Shown piece after piece: positions 37,669 to 45,466 of a stretch of DNA of 64,000 nt (position 1 is its first letter; each line of letters opens with the position of its first letter). The position numbers were made by a program, and so were the translations under genes. Source of the stretch: a virus; the IMG/VR virus record IMGVR_UViG_3300015374_000001, positions 1 to 64,000 of that record; one strand, written 5' to 3'. Under the pieces are notes generated by a model. That model was not told the origin of the DNA. It saw nothing but the letters and a program-made list of their open reading frames with translations, and made no database searches.

Positions 37669-37669
37669 C

Positions 37670-37744
37670 ATGTTTATTTTCTTTATTTCCCTGCTAGCCT
37701 TCGCACTATTGATAGTGGTCATAGTGCTTAAACAATTCATCTAA
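37670..37744 (+). CDS. 24-aa hydrophobic peptide (MFIFFISLLAFALLIVVIVLKQFI), not in ORF track
   Basis: TAATG overlap with rnhA; no SD sequence. Confidence 0.5.
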   Translation: MFIFFISLLAFALLIVVIVLKQFI

Positions 37745-38232
37745 TGCGCGGAAAACTGTTTTTTGATGGCGGCTGCCGACCTTCTAACCCCGGTCCTGCG
37801 GGATTTGCATGCGTCATTCAAATGGAGAATGGCGACGAGTACACCCTAGCTCGACACATCGGTTTCAAAACCAATAACGAAGCCGAATATTATGGCCTCA
37901 TTGTAGGAGTTAAATATGCTGCTGAGTGTGGAGCTACAGAACTTGAGATTTTTACTGATTCAAAACTGGTTGAAGGGCAAATCAATCAGGGTTGGAAGAG
38001 AAAAGATTTCAAGATGAAATGTCTTGCAGCAGAAGCAGAAGATGTTTTACGTAAACATTTCGAAGATAGCTGGGAATTAAACTGGCACAGAAGAGAGAAT
38101 AATTCTCTGGCAGATGAACTCTGTACCAAAGCTATCTTAGCTGGGCAGCTAGCGAATCCATTTGTTAGAAAAACTGCGGTCACAGCCGCAGATATTAGGT
38201 CTATGGACCCCTTTAGCCGCCCTTCAACTTAA
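37744..38232 (+). CDS. rnhA: ribonuclease HI
   Basis: FDGG..NPG, TNNEAEY, DSKLV, R..N..AD. Confidence 0.92.
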   Translation: MRGKLFFDGGCRPSNPGPAGFACVIQMENGDEYTLARHIGFKTNNEAEYYGLIVGVKYAAECGATELEIFTDSKLVEGQINQGWKRKDFKMKCLAAEAEDVLRKHFEDSWELNWHRRENNSLADELCTKAILAGQLANPFVRKTAVTAADIRSMDPFSRPST

Positions 38233-38364
38233 TAATTAGTTGAACCCATGCCCATCGTGTTTCACCACGGGCTAATATCCCCTCTAACGGGATAAGCGAC
38301 GAGTCCTTGGCGACAAATTCGGTCAACCTTGAGGTATCGCCCGCGAGAGTGCTACACTGCGGCA

Positions 38365-38473
38365 GTCGCTCTCGACACAGGCGACACCCTAGCACACCCC
38401 CGTTACCCCTCACTGCCTTTGTACCCTCACTCCGAAGGCAGACCCCTGAAGCGCGGTAGCGGGGGTGTGCTGC
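38365..38473 (+). ncRNA. candidate ~110-nt small RNA with C-rich loops
   Basis: TTGAGG-18-TACACT (TG-extended) upstream; 17-bp stem AGCACACCCCCGTTACC/GGTAGCGGGGGTGTGCT. Confidence 0.55.
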
Positions 38474-38477
38474 TTCA

Positions 38478-38490
38478 TGCTATGATCCCG
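38478..38490 (+). promoter_or_regulatory. extended -10 motif TGCTATGATCCCG
   Basis: Repeated at 43087 and 52538. Confidence 0.6.
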
Positions 38491-38494
38491 CGTC

Positions 38495-39097
38495 ATGGCG
38501 TCACGGCAATGGACCCCTCCCAAAGAGGATGGATTTATTTATATAGACGAGCTATGCGAAATAATCCATCGCAGAAACTCGACTGTCCGTAAATGGGAAC
38601 GCGAAGGTCGGCTACCTAAACGGCTAATGCCTCAGCGTCGAATCAGGAATTGGCGAGCTTGGACACACAAGCAAGTCCATGGCAAGAACGGAATTGTTGA
38701 ATGGATGAAGAAAAACAATCTTCATCCCGGTTCTGCTTTATCTCGATACCAACCTGATGAGGATGATATTAAAAAGCATGTAAGCCACATGCGTAAGCCT
38801 CGTTATTTGCAGCCTGTTCATATGGACATGGCAAGACAATGGGCAAATCGTGGCTGGTATATCGAGCAGATTGCAGAAGAGCTTTTACCGATCACTCGCT
38901 ATCAGTCGATTGAAGGTTTGATTCGCGCTCTTACCCAAGCATTTAAGTTAGAGGGATTTGAGATTCCGCCAAGTGCTTTAAGAGAAGAGCGACAGAAGCA
39001 GAAGAAAAAGAATTATTCTCAGACTTCTGGTGCTAAGGCACAGCGTCGTTTGCGGGCGCAACGTAAAGCAGAAGCCGCTAAACAAAACGCGGCATAG
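38495..39097 (+). CDS. MerR-type HTH DNA-binding protein
   Basis: IDELCEII.R..STVRKWEREGRLP...R...WR.W. Confidence 0.75.
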   Translation: MASRQWTPPKEDGFIYIDELCEIIHRRNSTVRKWEREGRLPKRLMPQRRIRNWRAWTHKQVHGKNGIVEWMKKNNLHPGSALSRYQPDEDDIKKHVSHMRKPRYLQPVHMDMARQWANRGWYIEQIAEELLPITRYQSIEGLIRALTQAFKLEGFEIPPSALREERQKQKKKNYSQTSGAKAQRRLRAQRKAEAAKQNAA

Positions 39098-39110
39098 AGA
39101 AAGGATCGTT

Positions 39111-39572
39111 TTGGCGCAAACAGTTAAGCGCAGGCGTCGTACTGCTCCGGCTAAAGGAAAGGCCAAGGTCAGCAGGACGAAGCCACGAGTAGAAGACACG
39201 GAATCTAGCCGGAATAAAGTTGTTAAATCAGTGGAGCATCGCGGCGTTAAAATAGAAGAGGGCCATGTTATCGGCGAGAACGGTCTTCCGGCGATTAAAA
39301 TTACCAATCAGGGCTCGGAGCTTGTCCCTGTTGCACAGTACGCGAATGTTACGATTGGGCCTGTTGCTGTCACCCGTTGGGTTGAAGATCCTGGTCTTCA
39401 TAAAATTACCGGTGTCGATCCTGACGACTTTGATGATGAGCAGGAATCGATTGCCGCTGCCCACAAAAACAACATCGCGGTCGGGCAAGCTCTACTTGAG
39501 GAAGTAATCGCGGAAGATCGGGAAGCTGTCGAGGAATCTGTGCGGAAGCAGAACCAGAAGGATAAGAAGTAA
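39111..39572 (+). CDS. hypothetical protein with Arg-rich N-terminus
   Basis: AAGGA RBS + TTG 39111. Confidence 0.7.
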   Translation: MAQTVKRRRRTAPAKGKAKVSRTKPRVEDTESSRNKVVKSVEHRGVKIEEGHVIGENGLPAIKITNQGSELVPVAQYANVTIGPVAVTRWVEDPGLHKITGVDPDDFDDEQESIAAAHKNNIAVGQALLEEVIAEDREAVEESVRKQNQKDKK

Positions 39573-39573
39573 A

Positions 39574-40977
39574 TTGGATGCTGAGCGGGGGCTAATCAGC
39601 AAAATAATTCAATCTGGCGATCTTGATACAGCGATTGCACGAGGAATTGAGTTAGATCATTTCGCTGATGAGGAATGCGAAGAGATATATGATTTCCTGC
39701 TAGACCATTGGCGGAAGTACAAATCTACCGCAACAGCCAAGGTTGTCCGCAAAGAATTCCCTGATTTCAAGGTAGCGGTAGATCGCAACACCCTCCCCTA
39801 TTTCATTGATCAATTCGTAACGACTGTCAAGGAGCGCGAGGCAATTGATCTTGTCCGCGACTTCCACGAAGCTCTAGAAGATCCAGAGCAGATTAATGAA
39901 ATAGAGCTAGTTGCGCTTGAGATGGCTCGCAAGCTGGTAGATGTAGTGCCAGCACCCCGCGTCAAGAAATTTTCTGAGGGGCTTGAGCGGATAAAGGAAT
40001 ACGATAAGCGTAAGAAGGAAGGGATGCCGCCAGGTGTGATGATGGGTATTCCCTCTTTTGACCGGGAAACGCTTGGAGCACAGCCGCATGAATTGGTTAC
40101 TGTAGTCGCCTATCTAGGCGTGGGAAAATCAAAGCTTCTACAGCATGTCGCGTATTCAGCTTATTTGCAGAAAAAGACGGCTGTATATATCTCCCTTGAG
40201 ATGGAAGCCGAAGCAATCCTACGTTCGCTTGACACTATGGCCACTAATTTTAAATACCATTCGCTCAAAGCCCTCGAACTTGATATTGGGGATCGTGAGC
40301 AATGGGAAAAGCTGGCCGAACAGGCTCACGAGGATCGACACGAGCGCGATATCTACATCATTGACGATATCCGAAACTGCACTGTCGATAATGTGGCAGC
40401 AAAACTCTTGCGGTACAAGCCAGATGTAGTAATTACGGACTACATGGAATTAATGCGGACGCCGAAAGGAATTGGGGGAGCGCATTGGGAACAGGTCCAA
40501 TACACGACGCAGGGTCTTAAGCAAAATGCGAGACTCTTTCGCGTCCCTCATATCTCGGCTGCTCAGCTTAACCGCGAGGGCGGCAAGGGTGAGGCTAGCC
40601 TTGCGAACGTTTCCTATCAATCTGTTGGCAAGGACTCCGATTTACTTATTGGACTCAATCAGGACGAGGAAGACGAAGCGCAGCAGGAAATGAAGGCTAT
40701 GCTGCTCAAGAACAGGGACGGTCGCAAGACCAGTACGAAACTGCGCTGGCAGTTAGAGCGCCATGTCATCCAAGAAAAAGGCGTGGCCGAACGCTTCCCT
40801 GAAAGAAATGATGATGGTAAGCTGAAGAATCCCAAGTTCAAGGGACGTAAGACTAGGCGAGAGCAAGATAAATTGCAGGTCGCGGATGAACTCAAAGGCG
40901 AAGATAATCCATGGAAGCCAAGAAAGCGTATGCGGGGATCGGCTCGCGCAAAACCCCGCAGTCGATCCTTAACTTAA
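39574..40977 (+). CDS. dnaB: replicative helicase (DnaB-like)
   Basis: AYLGVGKS, ISLEM, DYMEL, AQLNR, DSD, KNRDG. Confidence 0.9.
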   Translation: MDAERGLISKIIQSGDLDTAIARGIELDHFADEECEEIYDFLLDHWRKYKSTATAKVVRKEFPDFKVAVDRNTLPYFIDQFVTTVKEREAIDLVRDFHEALEDPEQINEIELVALEMARKLVDVVPAPRVKKFSEGLERIKEYDKRKKEGMPPGVMMGIPSFDRETLGAQPHELVTVVAYLGVGKSKLLQHVAYSAYLQKKTAVYISLEMEAEAILRSLDTMATNFKYHSLKALELDIGDREQWEKLAEQAHEDRHERDIYIIDDIRNCTVDNVAAKLLRYKPDVVITDYMELMRTPKGIGGAHWEQVQYTTQGLKQNARLFRVPHISAAQLNREGGKGEASLANVSYQSVGKDSDLLIGLNQDEEDEAQQEMKAMLLKNRDGRKTSTKLRWQLERHVIQEKGVAERFPERNDDGKLKNPKFKGRKTRREQDKLQVADELKGEDNPWKPRKRMRGSARAKPRSRSLT

Positions 40978-41498
40978 TGTGTCTACTCGGCAAGTCATTT
41001 GCCGATCATGACTGGATACTCAGAACAGGCGGTGCTGATGGCGCTGATCATGCATTTGCCATGGGCTGTGAGTCTGATTTAATTGATTACTCCGGTCGCG
41101 GCGGTGTGTTGGAGCTATACCTGCCGTGGGATGGATTTAATGGATTGCACTCCAAGTGGTGTCCGCCCAAGCGCGAGGCATATGAGCTTGCCGCAGAAAT
41201 CCATCCGGCTTGGCTAAAGTGCAGTGAGGCAGCGCAAAAGCTACATGCCCGCAACATGCATCAGGTACTCGGATGGGATTTAGACGATCCGGTGAAGATG
41301 GTTATTTGCTGGACGCCTGATGGAGCTACAGACGAAACTGGCACTAGTACAGGCGGCACAGGTCAAGCGATTCGGCTGGCCAATATGTACGAGATACCAG
41401 TCTTTAATTTATATTGGGTGCAACATAAAATGCGTGCTATGCGGCAGATCATCAATGAAGACGATGATCCTTGGGGCGTGGTGGCGAATAATCTATGA
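40911..41498 (+). CDS. SLOG-family (DprA-like) protein
   Basis: YAGIGSRKTP, LRTGGADGAD, GGTGQAIRLA, IPVFNL. Confidence 0.8.
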   Translation: MEAKKAYAGIGSRKTPQSILNLMCLLGKSFADHDWILRTGGADGADHAFAMGCESDLIDYSGRGGVLELYLPWDGFNGLHSKWCPPKREAYELAAEIHPAWLKCSEAAQKLHARNMHQVLGWDLDDPVKMVICWTPDGATDETGTSTGGTGQAIRLANMYEIPVFNLYWVQHKMRAMRQIINEDDDPWGVVANNL

Positions 41499-41977
41499 AA
41501 GCCTATGATCCCCCGCCAGAAGACGCTAAAGAGATTAATGAATTCACCTGGCGCGATGGACAACGCTGGATACATGGCGTTCCTAGCAACTTTTATATTG
41601 AGCCTGATGGTACGTCTGTTGAGATGGAGTTTCAGGCTGCTAAGACAAAGAACCCATTTGAAAAGAAATACATTTTTTCTTCGCCTACGCCGGGAGTCGC
41701 CAAGCAGCGCGGCAAAGAAGTCACGTTACTGAAGAATTGGGATGGTATTAAAGTAAAGGTGATGGAGGGCCTGGTCCGTCAGAAGTTCAATGACCATCCT
41801 GAGCTTGCCGCCTGGCTACTGGCTACCGGCGAGGCGATTCTACGGGAAGACAATACGTGGCACGATCAGTATTGGGGCAACTGCACGTGCTACGAGCGTA
41901 AGCATTTCTATAGGATCGGCGAGAATCATTTGGGCAAGATCCTGATGAAGATCCGCAAAGAATTAAATGCCGCGTAG
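41495..41977 (+). CDS. NADAR (YbiA-like) family protein
   Basis: E..FQAAK, W...K..VM...V..KF..H..L...LLATG, D.YWG, G.NHLGKILMKIR. Confidence 0.9.
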   Translation: MKAYDPPPEDAKEINEFTWRDGQRWIHGVPSNFYIEPDGTSVEMEFQAAKTKNPFEKKYIFSSPTPGVAKQRGKEVTLLKNWDGIKVKVMEGLVRQKFNDHPELAAWLLATGEAILREDNTWHDQYWGNCTCYERKHFYRIGENHLGKILMKIRKELNAA

Positions 41978-43094
41978 ACGTAGACTCAAAGCAAGCGAAT
42001 GGCTGCACAAGGTCGATGTGCAGGACTTCCTTGAAACGCTTGACATAATGAATATATCTCAGGCGCGTACCGATGAGCTTAAATTCTCTTGCCCCTTCTC
42101 AGGCCATTCGCACGGCGACGAGAACCCATCGGCCTACATGAACACGGGTGTAGTCGAGCCAGAGCGAGCTACTAAATGGAAGTGCCACGGCTGCAATCGC
42201 TCAGGCAATGCCATCTCGTTCCTCTCAGAGCACGAGGATATAAGTAAATTTGAAGCTGCTACCTGGCTGCGGCGAGAGTATGCCAGCGATTTCCGTTCTC
42301 CAAAGGGCGGCACTATCTCGGCAGAGTTTGAACAGCGGCGTAGGAAGTTCGAGGAAATGCGACAGCGCTCCTACGAAGCTGATCCATACCTAGACGAAGC
42401 TTGTCTATATCCTTTTGCGGTGAATTGGGATAAGGTACAGCAGGATGATTCTGATGCCGCTCAGTATTTAATTGGTCGTGGATTCGAGATAGATACTCTC
42501 AAGGAATGGGAAATCGGCTATGACGCAACCTCCGAAAGATGGGTTATCCCCGTGCGGGATAAGGATGGATTACTTGTGGGGTTCAAGGCACGTGCCTGGC
42601 GAGAAGGTCATAAACCTAAGTACCTCGTCCTGGGCGGACGTAGCTATGATTTTTCAACTTTTGACAAGTCTCACCATGTCTTCGGGCTCCACAGAGCAGC
42701 AGGAAGCTTTTCAGCGATTATTTGCGAAGGAGAATTAAATGTCATAGCAATGAATCAGATGGGTTTACATAACGCCATTTCGATCAGCGGTTCTAGCATG
42801 AGCGATAGGCAAGCTAAACTGATCCGCGATCATTTTACTTTGGCGTATTTATTTCTGGATCACGACAATGCAGGACACGCCGCGACCTGGGGATGGACAA
42901 GCAAGGACGGCACAGAGCATCGTGGAATTGTGGACCTTTTAGAACCGTTCATGAAGGTCTATATCGTCGGTCCGCATGAAGGCGATCCGGCAGATATGAT
43001 GCGGGATGGCAAGGACGATGAAGCTCAGCAGCTAATCGATAATGCCGAGGCCAGTACAAACTACGTTGCAATCCCCGATAGTCCCGTGCTATGA
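41967..43094 (+). CDS. dnaG: DNA primase (CHC2 Zn finger + Toprim)
   Basis: CPF..H.D.NPS...CHGC, PKYL, CEG, FLDHDNAG, DPAD. Confidence 0.9.
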   Translation: MPRRRRLKASEWLHKVDVQDFLETLDIMNISQARTDELKFSCPFSGHSHGDENPSAYMNTGVVEPERATKWKCHGCNRSGNAISFLSEHEDISKFEAATWLRREYASDFRSPKGGTISAEFEQRRRKFEEMRQRSYEADPYLDEACLYPFAVNWDKVQQDDSDAAQYLIGRGFEIDTLKEWEIGYDATSERWVIPVRDKDGLLVGFKARAWREGHKPKYLVLGGRSYDFSTFDKSHHVFGLHRAAGSFSAIICEGELNVIAMNQMGLHNAISISGSSMSDRQAKLIRDHFTLAYLFLDHDNAGHAATWGWTSKDGTEHRGIVDLLEPFMKVYIVGPHEGDPADMMRDGKDDEAQQLIDNAEASTNYVAIPDSPVL

Positions 43095-43099
43095 TCCCG
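43087..43099 (+). promoter_or_regulatory. extended -10 motif TGCTATGATCCCG
   Basis: TTGCAA-18-TATGAT upstream of SSB. Confidence 0.6.
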
Positions 43100-43150
43100 T
43101 CAAGTACGAAACGTCTTCGGACAGCTTATTAAAGCTTAGGAGTAAATAAA

Positions 43151-43969
43151 TTGGCAAGAACAAGATCCCGCACAGAAAAGCCAGGCCGCACTTTAGGAAA
43201 AGTTGCACGTGCCAAAAAGCGCGTCGATAGCAAAATGAGCGGCGGCAAGAAATTTTTGACGATTGAAGACGGCGAAACTGTTGTCATGCGTTTTCTTGAA
43301 GAGGGCGAAGACTTCAAGGATGCATATGTGCATAACACGCCTTTCGAGCGCGACGATGGAAGTACGTATTATCTCGACGTTCCCTGTCTCGATCAGGATG
43401 AAAAAGGTGTGCCTTGCCCTGGCTGCCGCGACGAGCTAGATATTAGATATAAATTCTATGTCTGCGCTATCGTCCGTGATTATCCTGAAGTCGATGACAA
43501 CGGCAAGGTTCTTGATGAAAAAGATCAGGTTGTTGTCTGGACTGGTGGCGTCAAGGTTGGAGATAAATTAGCTAAGAAGCATTCTCGATATGGTCTTATG
43601 TCGCGGGATTGGGAAATCACCCGTGATGGCGTTAAGCTCAAGACCGAATATGAAATTGAGCCTGCCGGTGATGGCGCTGAGCCAATGTCGAAGGAAGACA
43701 AGCAACTGGCAGAAACAAAGCCTGATTTAACCTTCTATGTGAAGCCGCCAGAGTTCGAAGAGTTTTATGTCTCTCCGAAGGATCGCGGAGATGCCAAAGC
43801 AGTAGAGGAAGGCAAGAAAGCAAATCCATGGGGAGAGCGTAAAAAGTCTGGTGGGAAGACAAAAGCAAAATTCCGTAGTAGCCGTAGTAGCGGCGAGGAT
43901 GGAGAAACAAAGGTGCGCTCCGGGCGAAAGCGCTCTAAAGGCACCACTAAAGTTCGTCGCCGCCGGTAG
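43151..43969 (+). CDS. single-stranded DNA-binding protein (gp32-like, Zn)
   Basis: FL.I.DGE...RFL...H...C...CPGC...ITR.G...T.Y; replication context. Confidence 0.75.
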   Translation: MARTRSRTEKPGRTLGKVARAKKRVDSKMSGGKKFLTIEDGETVVMRFLEEGEDFKDAYVHNTPFERDDGSTYYLDVPCLDQDEKGVPCPGCRDELDIRYKFYVCAIVRDYPEVDDNGKVLDEKDQVVVWTGGVKVGDKLAKKHSRYGLMSRDWEITRDGVKLKTEYEIEPAGDGAEPMSKEDKQLAETKPDLTFYVKPPEFEEFYVSPKDRGDAKAVEEGKKANPWGERKKSGGKTKAKFRSSRSSGEDGETKVRSGRKRSKGTTKVRRRR

Positions 43970-44004
43970 GCGACAGGGCATTTAACCAGCAAAGGAGGTA
44001 CATA

Positions 44005-44514
44005 ATGCCTATTTATAAAATCTATGTCGCCGATGACGACGAAAACCTTGAGTCTTTAGGTGAGGTTGACGCGGCGGATAGCGCTGAGGCCCTTGAAGGG
44101 TTTCTTGATGCAGCGACAGAGCAAGGTGTGGAAGTTGACTACGAAGCTGGATTTGAAGTAATTGAGGAATCCAGCATCGAGCATGTTGATGTTGAGGAAG
44201 AGCCACAGCCGCCCAAGCTGATTGTTAGCGTGGGTAGCGCGGCTGCTAAGCCGAAGCGTGGCCGTCCGAAGGGTTCTGGCCGTAAGCCTGGTCGGCCTAA
44301 GAAGGAAACGGCTGAGGAAGCTCCGAAGCGGCGTGGTCGCCCACCGGGTAGCGGTAAGAAGCGCGGTCCCGGTCGCCCCAAGGGTTCGACTAATAAAAAG
44401 ACCACCACAAAGTCAGCGCCTAAAAAGAGCGGGCGTGGGCCGGGTCGCCCGAAGGGGAGCAAGAACAAAACCCGTAAGTCTCCGTTCAAGGGCGGCGGCT
44501 CGGACGACGAGTAA
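44005..44514 (+). CDS. AT-hook (HMGA-like) protein with acidic N-terminal domain
   Basis: Five GRP cores: KRGRPKGS, PGRPKK, RRGRPPGS, PGRPKGS x2. Confidence 0.85.
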   Translation: MPIYKIYVADDDENLESLGEVDAADSAEALEGFLDAATEQGVEVDYEAGFEVIEESSIEHVDVEEEPQPPKLIVSVGSAAAKPKRGRPKGSGRKPGRPKKETAEEAPKRRGRPPGSGKKRGPGRPKGSTNKKTTTKSAPKKSGRGPGRPKGSKNKTRKSPFKGGGSDDE

Positions 44515-44536
44515 TAAATAAACTCGTGCCCGAGGA

Positions 44537-44576
44537 AGGATGGGGATCGGTTTCGGCCGGTCCCCGTTCTACTTTC
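44537..44576 (+). terminator. intrinsic terminator
   Basis: GGATGGGGATCGG/CCGGTCCCCGTTC hairpin followed by TACTTT. Confidence 0.7.
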
Positions 44577-44589
44577 AAAGGAGGTTTTT

Positions 44590-44976
44590 ATGGATCGTAA
44601 CGAGTTTGAAGATTTTGTTGAAGGCCACTATCAGGATATTATGGGCCTGAATAAAACTAAAGGCCATGAATATGCCGGTGATGAAGACGCTCTTGCTAAC
44701 TTCAAAGAAGTGGCTAAGGAACATGGTATTACCCCCGAACAGGCTTGGGGCGTTTATACATCAAAACACTGGAAGGCGATCCAGAGTTTTATCCGTGAAG
44801 GCCAGGTTCACAGTGAGCCGATTGAGGGACGAATCCAAGATGTGATTCTTTATTGTTTCCTTCTGCTTGGTTTAATTGAAGATGGCACCATTGAAGTTGA
44901 AGAAGAACGCATCACAGGAGCAGAAGAGGTGACCCGCGAGTTTACTCCATTGACACCACTCTCTGAGAACAACTAA
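44590..44976 (+). CDS. DUF1599/nucleotide-modification-associated-like helical protein
   Basis: KGHEYA..D.LANF...KH...RI.D.I.Y..LL pattern. Confidence 0.6.
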   Translation: MDRNEFEDFVEGHYQDIMGLNKTKGHEYAGDEDALANFKEVAKEHGITPEQAWGVYTSKHWKAIQSFIREGQVHSEPIEGRIQDVILYCFLLLGLIEDGTIEVEEERITGAEEVTREFTPLTPLSENN

Positions 44977-45248
44977 TGCCCAAGCAAGAAGAATTAGTTA
45001 GCAATGCGCCTTTGCGCGAGGCATTCGAGAACAGCGGTATGAGAGCTTATGATTTAGCTATTGCGATTGACTGGCGCAAAGGACCAAAGAGGAAGCCAGA
45101 TACTCAGCGCGTACAGAGAGTTCTAGGCTTAGCTCCGTATTACAATTCCTACAACAGCAGGAAGGCATTTGCTAAATCACTTACGATTGACAATGCCATT
45201 AAAATAGGGTCTGTTCTGAATCTCGATCCAGTGGATATCGGAGTATGA
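44976..45248 (+). CDS. putative HTH protein
   Basis: GM...DLA...VQRVLG...LNLDPVDIG. Confidence 0.6.
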   Translation: MPKQEELVSNAPLREAFENSGMRAYDLAIAIDWRKGPKRKPDTQRVQRVLGLAPYYNSYNSRKAFAKSLTIDNAIKIGSVLNLDPVDIGV

Positions 45249-45466
45249 GCGACGAGAAAGCATATGAAGAAAAATTGCCGACGCCTGGTACCTGGCCAGA
45301 GTGCGAGGTAGGTCAGTGGTACAGGGTTCTCCATGAATGGGATAAAGGAAAAGTAGGTAATTGCATCAGCACTAGCGAGACACTCTTTGGCCATCGCCAT
45401 GCTCGCTTGAGGTTCAAGGATGGCCACGAGCGAGGTTTCCGCACACATGATTTGCAGTTAGTTTAA
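45245..45466 (+). CDS. small SH3-like hypothetical
   Basis: Overlapping start/stop; VG...V...GKVG...LRF.DG. Confidence 0.6.
   Translation: MSDEKAYEEKLPTPGTWPECEVGQWYRVLHEWDKGKVGNCISTSETLFGHRHARLRFKDGHERGFRTHDLQLV

Noticed and set aside
37578-37670. tRNA or Y RNA
   Set aside because: Terminal stem ends near CCA but there are no D/T arms, no TTC loop and no recognisable Ro-binding helix
44590-44976. Modified-base pathway such as dZ or 7-deazaguanine
   Set aside because: Only a DUF1599-like gene; no purZ, queuosine-pathway or dpdA genes in the window
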